A DNA stretch of 64,000 nt from Candidatus Woesearchaeota archaeon (GCA_964497435.1 CAZCCD010000002.1:10050-74049); one strand, 5' to 3'; counted from the stretch's first letter, positions 27,709 to 37,657 are shown. Notes: a model not told the origin generated them from the sequence alone. Numbers and translations: made by a program.

Positions 27709-30048
27709 TTATATTTTCTTCTTTTTAAGCTGTTCCCTAAGCCAGAGCTGCCATAATGGAAAAACCCTCTCTGAAACAGGCAACCCAACTTCTTCTCTAA
27801 CTTCTTCTGAAATTTTATGAAATGCGTCATTAGACAAAACATTAAACTTAGCTTCTAAAATTCTTGAGTTTTTTGTTTTATTTGAAATATCAACTAATTC
27901 CTTTTTTATCTTAGCCCTAAGGAGTATATTATCATAAACAGCGTCCCAATTTCCGGCCCACCCCTTCACATTAGATGCAATATCTTTTATGACTTCAGAA
28001 TCTCCGTTAATCAAATCTTCAGAAATCTCTAATTCATCTTTATCTACATTATATTTAAGTAAATCAACAAATCCTTTCTCTTCTAAGGGATCATTCTTCC
28101 AATGCTTCCTTACTTCTGAAACTTGAATTAAGCGTCGCCATGAATGTAAACCATCAGGACTTTTAATTGGATTCGCCACAGCTATTACATCTGTTGCCTT
28201 AAAACTAGTTGCCGGAACTTCGAGGTCATTTACGACTCTATCAAAAACAGCATAAGGACTTGCTCCGTGAATTGTTCCTGCAACAACATTAGCCAAAGCT
28301 CCAATCCTCATTGCTTCATAAAGGGCTTTTGCTTCTACTGACCTAATTTCTCCTATAATTAAGCAACTATCTCCTAATCTTAAGCTAGTCCTTATACCAT
28401 CATCTGCAGAAACTTCTGCCCCTGTCTTTAAAAGGGCTGATCTTACTTTCATCCTTAATATATCATAATTAATCTTTCTTAGAGAATCAACAGGCAATTC
28501 TAAAGTATCTTCCAATACAATAATCCTATATTTAGGGATAATCTCTAGCATTAAGCTTCCAAGAAAACTCGTTTTTCCAGATCCTCTTGTTCCTGCAATT
28601 AATATTGTCCTTGCTCCATCAATAAGGAAACTAAAAATGCCTGCAGCAATCGGATTAATCATCTTATTCTGTATAAATAATGGCAATGTCCATGGCTCAT
28701 CTCTATGTCTTCTAATAGAATATGCTAAACCTCTTGGAGAAAGTGGCTCTTGGATTATTGCAACCCTAGCATTGATGTTCTCTATATTTAATTGAGTGTC
28801 TAATATAGGATTAGCTTCATCAAGAGGCCTTCCTGAAATCATCCTAAATTTGGCAGCCCATGAATTAACATCTTCCTGACTTGGAATAATATTTGTAATA
28901 CACTCATCAAATTTTTGATGTCTTATAAATATTGGATTTAAAGATACAGGAGCATTTAAGGAGATGTCTTGAAGATTTTCATCCTGAAGAAGGACCTCTA
29001 AAATTCCAAATCCAATTGTATGCCTTACGAGTATAGATGATAATTTATTTAAGTCAGAGTAACTCATTCTTATTCCTTGAGCCTGTGATAAATCTCTTAA
29101 AAGATCTCTTGAAATGTTTAAAAAAACCTGTCTTACTCTTTCAGTATCAATAAACTCTTCTGCCTTTGGTTGGTGCTCCATTAAAACACCCTTAGCAAGA
29201 TTCAACAACATGTTATGATCTTCGCTTAGAGAATTTTCAGGAGGTAATAAATGATAGATAAACTTAGATTCACCTTCTCTTCTCAAAATGGTTACAATAG
29301 ATTCATCAAAACCCCCTTCCCTAACTTTATATTGTCCTATAATCTCTGCTCCTTTAGGCAAGTCAGAAACAAGCCTCGTGAAAGTGTAATTCGGAATTGT
29401 ATCTGGCCTAAATATTTTATTATAAATTTCCCTTGATCCTAACTTATATTCATTAAGATAAGGCAATGCACTTTGTATTATCTTTGTGTTTTTAATCCTG
29501 TTAAATACTCTTTCCAAAAGATGCACGTAGCTTTGTTGGCTTGGCTGGTATAGTTTTTGTTTCTCAAGCAAAGCCCTCGCCTCGAATAAAAATCTCCTTA
29601 TCTCTGAGTAAGCAGCAACAGGATCTCTTTTTAATAAAAAAAGAAAATTAAAAATATCATTATATCTTTTAGAGGATTCCTGAGAAGAGTTTAATGAGAG
29701 TCTGTCTTGTGAAAGAATCCTTTCCTGGCTTGAAAAATAAACATAAAGATTAGCTATTTCCATCAACATCTCTACCTCATTAAAATCATAATTATAATTC
29801 TTCTGTTGAACAAGGACAATCCTTGAAACATTTGGATTTTTAATTAAAGAATCTATGACTCTTTCCATTACATCAGGATAGTCGGCAATACTTGGAACAA
29901 AAGGCACACCAAGATAATTAATATATAATACATCCTCACCCCCTTCCCTATTCACTTCAAATGCATACAAAGGTGTCTCTTTATTAAATTTCATGAATAT
30001 AAAAAGTAGAAAGGGTTTAATAATTTTTACAAGATGTAAAGTAATCAT
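27709..30048 (-). CDS. type II/IV secretion-system ATPase (FlaI/PilB/TadA/VirB11 superfamily) with N- and C-terminal extensions
   Basis: Walker A IAGTRGSGKTSFLGS, Walker B RIIVLEDTLE, Asp box, His box GTIHGASPYAVFDR. Confidence 0.85.
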   Translation of the reverse strand: MITLHLVKIIKPFLLFIFMKFNKETPLYAFEVNREGGEDVLYINYLGVPFVPSIADYPDVMERVIDSLIKNPNVSRIVLVQQKNYNYDFNEVEMLMEIANLYVYFSSQERILSQDRLSLNSSQESSKRYNDIFNFLFLLKRDPVAAYSEIRRFLFEARALLEKQKLYQPSQQSYVHLLERVFNRIKNTKIIQSALPYLNEYKLGSREIYNKIFRPDTIPNYTFTRLVSDLPKGAEIIGQYKVREGGFDESIVTILRREGESKFIYHLLPPENSLSEDHNMLLNLAKGVLMEHQPKAEEFIDTERVRQVFLNISRDLLRDLSQAQGIRMSYSDLNKLSSILVRHTIGFGILEVLLQDENLQDISLNAPVSLNPIFIRHQKFDECITNIIPSQEDVNSWAAKFRMISGRPLDEANPILDTQLNIENINARVAIIQEPLSPRGLAYSIRRHRDEPWTLPLFIQNKMINPIAAGIFSFLIDGARTILIAGTRGSGKTSFLGSLMLEIIPKYRIIVLEDTLELPVDSLRKINYDILRMKVRSALLKTGAEVSADDGIRTSLRLGDSCLIIGEIRSVEAKALYEAMRIGALANVVAGTIHGASPYAVFDRVVNDLEVPATSFKATDVIAVANPIKSPDGLHSWRRLIQVSEVRKHWKNDPLEEKGFVDLLKYNVDKDELEISEDLINGDSEVIKDIASNVKGWAGNWDAVYDNILLRAKIKKELVDISNKTKNSRILEAKFNVLSNDAFHKISEEVREEVGLPVSERVFPLWQLWLREQLKKKKI

Positions 30049-30274
30049 CTAATTTATAAAAATCATGCTGATATTAATATTAAGTCTAAAGATAATATAA
30101 TAAATTTATCTACTAATTATAATGAATAGTAATAATAAGTTTGAATCTAATCAATTAATATATAAATTGAAGGAATTATTTATATTAAATTATAAATGGT
30201 TTGATGTAATATTAAATAAGGTCAAAAAATAATCCTATAACAAAGAATTTAAACTTCACTTTCCTTGCCATTAA

Positions 30275-30598
30275 ATGAATGAAGAGTATGATTATTCTTC
30301 CTATTATAGTGAAATAGCAACAAGAATAAGAGATTTAGAAGAAAGACAAAGGAATTTAAGAGACAGGATTATTCTTATTGGAGAAAATTTGATAGAAGCA
30401 AGAGAAAAATTTTCAAGAGAAACAATAGACCTAAAAAAAGAAATTCAAGAAATAAAACAAACACTAGAAAGATTAAAATCATTTATCGAAAATGCTTCTT
30501 CAGAATTTACAAAATTCGCAAGAAAAGAAGACGTAGAAATACTGGCAAAGCAAGCAAAAATGTTTCAACCTTTAGGAAGCATTAAAAAACAATTGTAA
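30275..30598 (+). CDS. coiled-coil protein, hypothetical
   Basis: Heptad-rich; C-terminal part resembles the coiled coil of 30876..31592. Confidence 0.35.
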   Translation: MNEEYDYSSYYSEIATRIRDLEERQRNLRDRIILIGENLIEAREKFSRETIDLKKEIQEIKQTLERLKSFIENASSEFTKFARKEDVEILAKQAKMFQPLGSIKKQL

Positions 30599-30646
30599 GA
30601 AAAATTAAAAAGGCATTAATATTTAAAATAATAAATAAATGAAAAG

Positions 30647-30891
30647 ATCCGACAATTGTTAGAATAATCTGAGGTTTTGGCTCAAATCAACCAGAGGCGG
30701 CAAGAAGATTCGGCGGTTGTTGGATTAATCCGAGGTTTTTTGTCAGGTCTCTTCGGAGGCAACAAGAAGATTCGGCAATTGTTGGAATAATTCGGGTTTT
30801 TTACTCGGATTCATCAGAGGCAATGGAAAAATCCGATAGGATGCTGGAATCTAAAAACCCGCAGGAGGTTTTTATATGGGAGTCTTAGAAT
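30647..30891 (+). repeat. tandem direct repeat, ~3.8 copies of a ~61-bp unit, ending in the RBS and start codon of 30876..31592
   Basis: Units start ~30647, 30708, 30770, 30831: atccgacaattgttagaataatctgaggtttt... / attcggcggttgttggattaatccgaggtttttt... / attcggcaattgttggaataattcgggtttttt... / atccgataggatgctggaatctaaaaacccgcaggaggttttt. Confidence 0.8.
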
Positions 30892-31592
30892 TAGTAACAA
30901 AGATGAAAAGTCAGGGAAAAGGAGAATTTGAAATAATTAAAGCACTCCAGAATCAAGGAGTGCCTCCAAAAGAAATTCAAGATGCAATAAGCCAGGCACA
31001 AATAAAAGAAGCTGTGGCAGGAGAAACATCTGAAATGCAGCAATCAATGATGGACCAAGAACAAGATAATTACACTAATTATAATCCAGAAGAATATGTC
31101 CCTCAACCTCAAATGCCAATGGATGTTGTTCCTCAGGCACCTTATCAAGAGCAATACCCCCAAGACACATCCATGCAATCATATGGATATCAACAACCCC
31201 TACCCCAATATCAATACCCTACTCAAGGTCCTCCTCAAGGCCAAGAATATTACCCTCAAGAATACCCTGAACAATATATGCCTGAAACCTATTCTGGTGA
31301 TTCAGAATCATTAATAGATGTAGCAGAGCAGGTATTTAGTGATAAATCAAAAAAAATGCAAGATTCCCTTGAAACTCTCGAGGAGTTTAAAGCCCTAACA
31401 GAAAACCAGGTCAAGAGTTTTGAAGAGAGATTGAGGAGAATAGAAGAAATAATAGACAGGCTTCAAATCTCTATATTAGAAAAAATAGGTTCATATGGAG
31501 AAAATCTTTCTAACATTAAAAAAGAAATGTCAATGATGCAAGATTCTTTCAGGAAAATAGTTGGCAGTGATAGGCCGTTAAGAAAACCATAA
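30876..31592 (+). CDS. low-complexity Gln/Pro/Tyr-rich protein with N-terminal helical domain and C-terminal coiled coil
   Basis: QYQYPTQGPPQGQEYYPQEYPEQYMPETY central region; strong SD ggaggt 7 nt upstream. Confidence 0.5.
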   Translation: MGVLELVTKMKSQGKGEFEIIKALQNQGVPPKEIQDAISQAQIKEAVAGETSEMQQSMMDQEQDNYTNYNPEEYVPQPQMPMDVVPQAPYQEQYPQDTSMQSYGYQQPLPQYQYPTQGPPQGQEYYPQEYPEQYMPETYSGDSESLIDVAEQVFSDKSKKMQDSLETLEEFKALTENQVKSFEERLRRIEEIIDRLQISILEKIGSYGENLSNIKKEMSMMQDSFRKIVGSDRPLRKP

Positions 31593-31596
31593 AAAA

Positions 31597-32157
31597 TTAA
31601 GATGGTTTCTCTCTAAACATATAAGATTTATAATCTGATGTTGTTGGAGGTTTTGTTGATCCTATAATCAATCCAACTATTACCAAAAAAACAACAATTC
31701 CAAGAATCATATCCCAATTCTGGCGCCACCAATATCCTGTGCTCCATCCAACTGATTCTCCTGTATTGACCAAGACAACAATAACAATGACTACCCCTAT
31801 AACCAAAAGAGTATACATTATAAATTTCTTTTCAGGGTCAATAAACAAGCCAGTCAATATCAATAAGACAAGGATAATTGCCAGACCAACACCCATCCTG
31901 GGAAATATTTCAGAGAAGAAAACAGGGACAAAATCAAACTGAAGAGACATCAATGCAACCATTAAAGCAATTATAGAATTAACTCCTTTACTTCCTTTAA
32001 ACATGTTCATCTGATGTAAAATACCGAATACAAGGGCAAAAATTATCAAGAAAGGAATCACATAACTAAAAACACCTATTTGCTCCCATTTAGCCAACAA
32101 GTTTCCAACAGCCCCCCCATAATAACCAGCATATTGTAAAAATAAAGTCTTTATCAT
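31597..32157 (-). CDS. membrane protein, hypothetical (about 5 TM)
   Basis: ORF plus hydrophobicity. Confidence 0.4.
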   Translation of the reverse strand: MIKTLFLQYAGYYGGAVGNLLAKWEQIGVFSYVIPFLIIFALVFGILHQMNMFKGSKGVNSIIALMVALMSLQFDFVPVFFSEIFPRMGVGLAIILVLLILTGLFIDPEKKFIMYTLLVIGVVIVIVVLVNTGESVGWSTGYWWRQNWDMILGIVVFLVIVGLIIGSTKPPTTSDYKSYMFREKPS

Positions 32158-32320
32158 TTTTGTAAAAATTTGAAATTAATGCTCCTCCTTTAATATGCTA
32201 AAAATAAGAAGAATCATTTTAAATATGTTTCGAAATCGTTATGTTTGTTTAATTTAACTTTGGTTCAACATATTTATGCGGATGTTGATAAATAATTTGT
32301 TAAGAATTATTAAAATGAAT

Positions 32321-32818
32321 TTATCCTTTGCTTGCCTTTGTTCCGAGAAGAATTGCCGCCAAAGCCCCTGCAATTACAACTATAAAAATTATATTTGTCC
32401 ATAAATCAGAGCTCCAACTCTGCTCAAATAAAATTTCAGTGACATCGTCCCAAACACCTGTTATCAAAAAAAGAGCTATAACAACAGCAATTAATACAAT
32501 AATGCCTGCTATAATTTTAAGAGGTTTAGAATCAAACTTCGCTTCCCCACCAGTTACAAACCCCCAAAGCAAAAGAACAACAAATACAACAACAATTGCA
32601 ACACTTAAGAATAAAATTAAGTTTCCTACAACTAACTTTGGCGAAATAGCAGTAGTAAAAATAAGGCCTATAACAAAGGCTATAAAAGCATTAAGCTGTT
32701 TCTTTTCCTTTCCAAAAATATTTGTCTTTTCCAGGACTGCAAATATTATAAAAAATATTAACAAAAATGGATATACAAATTTAACTAGAAGTTCTGACTG
32801 CAGGATGTTCTCTGCCAT
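32321..32818 (-). CDS. membrane protein, hypothetical (about 5 TM)
   Basis: Minus-strand frame gives clean TM helices; the fully overlapping plus-strand ORF 32328..32828 is Thr-rich low complexity and judged an artefact. Confidence 0.45.
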   Translation of the reverse strand: MAENILQSELLVKFVYPFLLIFFIIFAVLEKTNIFGKEKKQLNAFIAFVIGLIFTTAISPKLVVGNLILFLSVAIVVVFVVLLLWGFVTGGEAKFDSKPLKIIAGIIVLIAVVIALFLITGVWDDVTEILFEQSWSSDLWTNIIFIVVIAGALAAILLGTKASKG

Positions 32819-32819
32819 T

Positions 32820-33101
32820 CTATATTAAGTTTTCTGGTACCTCTTCTATTCCCTGTACTTCAGGATTTGGTAAGGCTGATTTATTTATTATGAAAACATC
32901 GCTTATAGCCTTCACAAACTGATGCGGGATTATAACCCCTCTTGCCCCCCCAATCAAAGACATAACATTACCCCCAACTTTTATACGCCAACCATCAATT
33001 TTATTTTCATGAAGGTTGGCCTCTTCTATCTCTCCAAAGTAATCTCCAGAGTCAGTGAAAACCTTCAATCCAACGACCTCGCTTACTTTTCTGATTCTCA
33101 T
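32820..33101 (-). CDS. PRC-barrel domain protein
   Basis: EVVGLKVFTDSGDYFGEIEEANLHENKIDGWRIKVGG... matches PRC-barrel topology (~90 aa). Confidence 0.5.
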   Translation of the reverse strand: MRIRKVSEVVGLKVFTDSGDYFGEIEEANLHENKIDGWRIKVGGNVMSLIGGARGVIIPHQFVKAISDVFIINKSALPNPEVQGIEEVPENLI

Positions 33102-33197
33102 AGAAAAAGTTATAATTCGTTATTTAAATACTTTTCCGTAATCTATTATAAACTATTGTATAACAAAATTTATAAGAATCCATTTACTGTATTTTCT

Positions 33198-33827
33198 ATG
33201 TTTAAGGCAAAAGAATTAACAATAATTATTGCTGTCTCTATAGTCATTGCATTTGCTTTAGTATTAAAATCTTTCTCTCTAAATAATTATTTAATTTCTC
33301 TATTATTAATTTTTCTTGTAATAATTGTAAATATTTTTGCTAAAAAAATTGCTTCTTTTTTCCTTGATTCTGAGATAGAAGTCAAATTATGGGAAATGAA
33401 AAGATGGGGTTTCAAATCTCATCATCACTTTAAAAAGCCTGTTCCAACTGGAGTCATATTTCCTGTCGTGATAACAGTCATAACAGCGGGTTTTCTTTAT
33501 TGGATGGCTTCTCTTGTTTTTGAAGTAAAGGCAAAGGTCTACAGGGCGGCAAGAAGATGGGGCTTATATTCTTTTTCTGAAATGACTGAATGGCATATAG
33601 GATTAATTGCTGCATGGGGCATTATAGCAAATCTTCTGTTCGCTGTTCTTGGTTATATCACAGGTTTTTCAGAGTTTGCTAAGCTCAACATATACTATGC
33701 TTTCTTTAATATAATACCTTTCTCTGATTTAGATGGAAACAAGTTGTTTTTTGGAAGCATAATACTTTGGGTATTTTTAACAACTCTTGTTTTAATAGCA
33801 TTAGGCTATGTTTTCCTATTAGTGTAA
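33198..33827 (+). CDS. membrane protein, hypothetical (weakly S2P/M50-like C-terminal PFSDLDG, no HExxH)
   Basis: Start moved to the internal Met at ~33198 because the track ORF 5' end overlaps the PRC-barrel gene; 5-6 TM. Confidence 0.4.
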   Translation: MFKAKELTIIIAVSIVIAFALVLKSFSLNNYLISLLLIFLVIIVNIFAKKIASFFLDSEIEVKLWEMKRWGFKSHHHFKKPVPTGVIFPVVITVITAGFLYWMASLVFEVKAKVYRAARRWGLYSFSEMTEWHIGLIAAWGIIANLLFAVLGYITGFSEFAKLNIYYAFFNIIPFSDLDGNKLFFGSIILWVFLTTLVLIALGYVFLLV

Positions 33828-33858
33828 AATATTTAAATGCATAAAACATAAAAATATA

Positions 33859-34095
33859 ATGGTTGAAGGAAAAAAATCATTTTTTTTAAGGAAAAAAACA
33901 ACCCTAATAATTGGAGTCATAGCCCTTATTTTTGGATTTGTCTTTTTAAATGAAGGAATTTTTACAGGAAGAGTCACAGGAAATGCCGTCGTTAGTGAGT
34001 ATAATCCTATTTTTAGTGCATTATCAATAATAGGAATACTCCTTGTTCTTTGTGCAGGAATCTTAATTATTTACTCTATGATTAAAGAGGAATAA
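33859..34095 (+). CDS. small membrane protein, hypothetical
   Basis: Two TM helices. Confidence 0.3.
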   Translation: MVEGKKSFFLRKKTTLIIGVIALIFGFVFLNEGIFTGRVTGNAVVSEYNPIFSALSIIGILLVLCAGILIIYSMIKEE

Positions 34096-34253
34096 AATGT
34101 TTAATATAGACAACCTTTCAACTTAAAATTTAATACGGTCTAATACAAAGGTTAATGTTAATAAGATAGAATAAATTTAAACATATCATAATTAGATTAT
34201 CCTTTAAAATAAATTTAACAAAAATATTTATACTATCTTTTTTTATTTTAAAA

Positions 34254-35807
34254 ATGTTTTCCAAGTTTTTACAAAACATAACTCCAAGGGAATATCAACA
34301 AAAAATATTTGAAACATGTGTTGAAAAAAATTGTCTAGTTGTTCTTCCTACTGGAATCGGAAAAACCCTAATAGCCCTTATGCTTGCAATTGAAAGAATG
34401 AAAAAATATCCAAAAGAAAAAATTGTTTTTTTAGCTCCTACAAAACCCTTAGCAGAACAGCATTTAAATTATTTTAAAAAACATCTTTCAGAATTGTTTG
34501 CAGACATTCAGCTTTTCACAGGTTCTGTAAAACCAGAAGAAAGGAAAAAAATATGGCAGATAGCAGATATAATATTTTCCACTCCTCAATGCATTGCGAA
34601 TGATTTAAGGAATAATTTGTATGATTTAAAAGAGGTCTGCCTTCTTATTGAAGATGAAGCACACAGATGCATAAAGAATTATGATTATAATTTTGTTTCA
34701 AAAAAATATAAAGAACAAGCATTAAATCAGAGAATTATTGGATTAACAGCCTCTCCAGGATCTGAGGCTTCTAAAATAAAAGAAATATGCAAAAATCTTT
34801 CAATAGAAGCAGTTGAACTAAGAACCAGAGAGAGTGATGATGTCAAAAACTATCTCCAAGAATTAAAATTTGAAAAAATAATTGTCGAATTTCCTAACGA
34901 GCTTGGAGAGATAAGACATGTGCTTAAAAAAATCTTCAATGAATATGTAGAAGAATTAAAAAATAGAAAGGTTCTATTTGGTCCAGCAACAAAGACGGGT
35001 CTCATAGAACTGCAAAAGAAAATTTCAGGATCTATTTCAAGAGGGAACAATAATTTTAATTTTCTTCGTGCAGCAAGTGCGTGTGCGCAGGCAATAAAAA
35101 TACAGCATGCACTTGAACTACTTGAAACACAAAATCTTCAAATCTTTAACAAATATCTTAAAGAACTTCTTAATCAGGCATCTAAAAAACAAAGCAGAGG
35201 TGTAATAAAGTTAGTTTCTAAGCCAGAATTTAATTTTGCTTTTACAAGAACAAATGAATTGCTTTCAAAAAACTTTGAGCATCCTAAATTAAATATACTA
35301 AAAGAAATAATAGAAAAAGAAATAAATGAAAATAAAAATGTAAAAATAATAATATTCGCACAATTTAGAGATACTGCATCTTTGTTATCCAAAAAATTAA
35401 GTGTAATTCCCGAAGTTAAATCAAAAGTCTTTGTCGGACAGGCAAAAAAATTAGACACTGGTTTAAGTCAGAAAGAGCAAAAGGAAATAATAAATGAATT
35501 TGAATCAGGAGGAGTAAATATTCTTGTTGCCACCGCAATTGGCGAAGAGGGTTTAGACATTCCAGAGGTTAATGCAGTCATTTTTTACGAGCCTGTTCCA
35601 AGTGCAATAAGGGCTATTCAAAGAGCAGGAAGAACAGCAAGATTAATGAAAGGGAAATTAATCATCTTAATAACAAAAGGAACAAGGGATGAAGCATTTT
35701 ATTATGTTTCTAGAGCAAAAGAAAAGAAAATGCATAAAAATATAGAAATAATAAAAGACAATTTAAATAACAAAAACAGATTTGAAAAGCAGGAAAAATT
35801 AGCATGA
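34254..35807 (+). CDS. hef: Hef/FANCM-type SF2 helicase (helicase half of a split Hef)
   Basis: Motif I VLPTGIGKTLIA, motif II LLIEDEAHRC, motif VI QRAGRTAR; insertion domain between the RecA lobes as in Hef. Confidence 0.85.
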   Translation: MFSKFLQNITPREYQQKIFETCVEKNCLVVLPTGIGKTLIALMLAIERMKKYPKEKIVFLAPTKPLAEQHLNYFKKHLSELFADIQLFTGSVKPEERKKIWQIADIIFSTPQCIANDLRNNLYDLKEVCLLIEDEAHRCIKNYDYNFVSKKYKEQALNQRIIGLTASPGSEASKIKEICKNLSIEAVELRTRESDDVKNYLQELKFEKIIVEFPNELGEIRHVLKKIFNEYVEELKNRKVLFGPATKTGLIELQKKISGSISRGNNNFNFLRAASACAQAIKIQHALELLETQNLQIFNKYLKELLNQASKKQSRGVIKLVSKPEFNFAFTRTNELLSKNFEHPKLNILKEIIEKEINENKNVKIIIFAQFRDTASLLSKKLSVIPEVKSKVFVGQAKKLDTGLSQKEQKEIINEFESGGVNILVATAIGEEGLDIPEVNAVIFYEPVPSAIRAIQRAGRTARLMKGKLIILITKGTRDEAFYYVSRAKEKKMHKNIEIIKDNLNNKNRFEKQEKLA

Positions 35808-36481
35808 CAAAATTTTATGAAATATTTTCAAAAAGGCCTTCTAAAATTATTAAAGAAAAGTCAAAAATCATAATCGATTATAGGGAAAAAAATTCTTTAG
35901 TTCCATCAATGCTTGTTAAGTTAGGGTATGACCTAGAATTTAAAGAGTTAAAAATAGCGGACTATCTTGTTAATGGGGTCGCTATCGAAAGGAAAACAAT
36001 TTCTGACTTTATATCTTCTATGATAAATAAAAGATTGTTAAAACAAATTGAAGAATTAAAACAATATCAAGATAAACTCTTAATTATTGAAGGATATGAG
36101 GAACAAGAGTTTTATAATGATGAGCCAGGAGGAATTAGTGGAAATGCGATTAGAGGATTTTTACTTTCAATAACATTAAAACACGGCATTCCAATAGTAT
36201 TTTCAAAAAATGCAAATGACACCGCAAAATTTATAGAAGTAATTGCCAAAAAAAAGAAAGAAGAAGATATATCACTTAAAGCCAAAAAAAGAGCTCTCTC
36301 AAAAAAAGAGCAACTACAATTTATTCTTGAAGGATTTCCAGGAATAGGGCCGAAAACAGCAAAAAAACTCTTGAAAAAATTCAAAACCCTTAAATCAATT
36401 TTTAATGTAAACGAAGAAGAATTAAAAAAACTTGTAGGAAAAAAAGCAGAAATATTTAAGCTTCTTAAAGAAAAATATTAA
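35804..36481 (+). CDS. ERCC4/XPF-type nuclease with HhH2 (nuclease half of a split Hef)
   Basis: IADYLVNGVAIERKTISDF (ERK catalytic motif), C-terminal GFPGIGPKTAKKLL HhH; start ATG overlaps the helicase stop (ATGA). Confidence 0.8.
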   Translation: MTKFYEIFSKRPSKIIKEKSKIIIDYREKNSLVPSMLVKLGYDLEFKELKIADYLVNGVAIERKTISDFISSMINKRLLKQIEELKQYQDKLLIIEGYEEQEFYNDEPGGISGNAIRGFLLSITLKHGIPIVFSKNANDTAKFIEVIAKKKKEEDISLKAKKRALSKKEQLQFILEGFPGIGPKTAKKLLKKFKTLKSIFNVNEEELKKLVGKKAEIFKLLKEKY

Positions 36482-36714
36482 ATCCTAATCCATATTTTAT
36501 ATTGCTTTTGACAATAGTGTTAAATTCAATTTATATTCTAATATAAAACTTTGATTAATCTTATATATTAACTACTCAAATTGTATCGAGAATATTTATT
36601 ATAAATAATTAATGAATAAATCCATTATTAACGATTTGTCTTATTACTATCAATATTTACCTTAGAGCGTAAAGCAAATTAAATGTTAAGATAAAGGATT
36701 TACTTTATATAATG

Positions 36715-37236
36715 TTAAAGCAAAGGATACTCTTCTAAAATATCATAAGATGGTCCGCTACTAGATAATGTAGATCTTTTTAATCTAAAATTATTGGTAT
36801 TAAAATTAATTTTAGGAATTTTAATGCTGTTTAATTCACTTAAAAATTTTTTCCTGTCTTTGATATTTTTAACCCTTGCTATAGTTAAATGTCCCATAAA
36901 TCTCTCTTCTTTCCCAAAAACCCATTCTAAGGCATTGTCAATCTTTTTTTGCAAATCTTCAGCACCTTTTAAATAAAGCCAGATAATTCTTATAAAATTA
37001 GGAGAAAAAACACCAATAGAATCTATTTCAATTTCAAAAGAATTAAATTTTACCATTCTAAGTCTTCTTTTAACTTCTTCAACTTTTTCTCTGTCCATCT
37101 CCCCTAAAAATTTCATGGTTAAATGTAAATTATTAGGTTCTGTTTTTTTCCCGATAAATTCAGGCAACTCATCCTGTATCTCTCTTATTCTTTCTCTTAT
37201 TTCTTCAGGCATATCAATTGAAATAAAACATCTCAT
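36715..37236 (-). CDS. thpR: RNA 2',3'-cyclic phosphodiesterase / 2'-5' RNA ligase (ThpR/LigT, 2H family)
   Basis: Two H-x-T-x motifs: NLHLTMKFLG and MGHLTIARV. Confidence 0.7.
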   Translation of the reverse strand: MRCFISIDMPEEIRERIREIQDELPEFIGKKTEPNNLHLTMKFLGEMDREKVEEVKRRLRMVKFNSFEIEIDSIGVFSPNFIRIIWLYLKGAEDLQKKIDNALEWVFGKEERFMGHLTIARVKNIKDRKKFLSELNSIKIPKINFNTNNFRLKRSTLSSSGPSYDILEEYPLL

Positions 37237-37237
37237 A

Positions 37238-37651
37238 TTAGTAATTGTCTAAAAGATAATGGCTATCTCTTACTTTAAACCCAAATTTTTTTAATAAATT
37301 AATTGAAGATAAATTTTCTTTCCTAACATGCGCATAAATCCATGGAACATCTCTTTTCTTAAACTCTTCTAAAACTTTTTTTGTTAGTAGCTGTGCAACT
37401 CCCTTTCCCCTAAAATCTTTTCTAACAATAATCTTATAAATATATCCATAATATCCGCCATCATCATTAGCAAATATGCTCCCGACAGTTAAATTATTTA
37501 CTATTGCAACAAAATAATAACCTCTATTCTTCCTTAGCATTCCTAAAAATCTTTTTTTTGTAAATTTATCAAAAACCATGTCTTCAAACTTTAATAGATT
37601 ATAAATTTCTTCATAATTACTTAGTTGTGTTTTTCTTATTTTTATATCCAT
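37238..37651 (-). CDS. GNAT family N-acetyltransferase
   Basis: VRKDFRGKGVAQLL acetyl-CoA binding motif A. Confidence 0.7.
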   Translation of the reverse strand: MDIKIRKTQLSNYEEIYNLLKFEDMVFDKFTKKRFLGMLRKNRGYYFVAIVNNLTVGSIFANDDGGYYGYIYKIIVRKDFRGKGVAQLLTKKVLEEFKKRDVPWIYAHVRKENLSSINLLKKFGFKVRDSHYLLDNY

Positions 37652-37657
37652 ATTGAA

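Noticed and set aside
32328-32828. 166-aa plus-strand ORF fully overlapping the minus-strand ORF 32321..32818
   Set aside because: Its translation is Thr/Ile-rich low complexity with no helical periodicity, whereas the minus-strand frame gives a coherent 5-TM membrane protein. It is judged an antisense shadow ORF.
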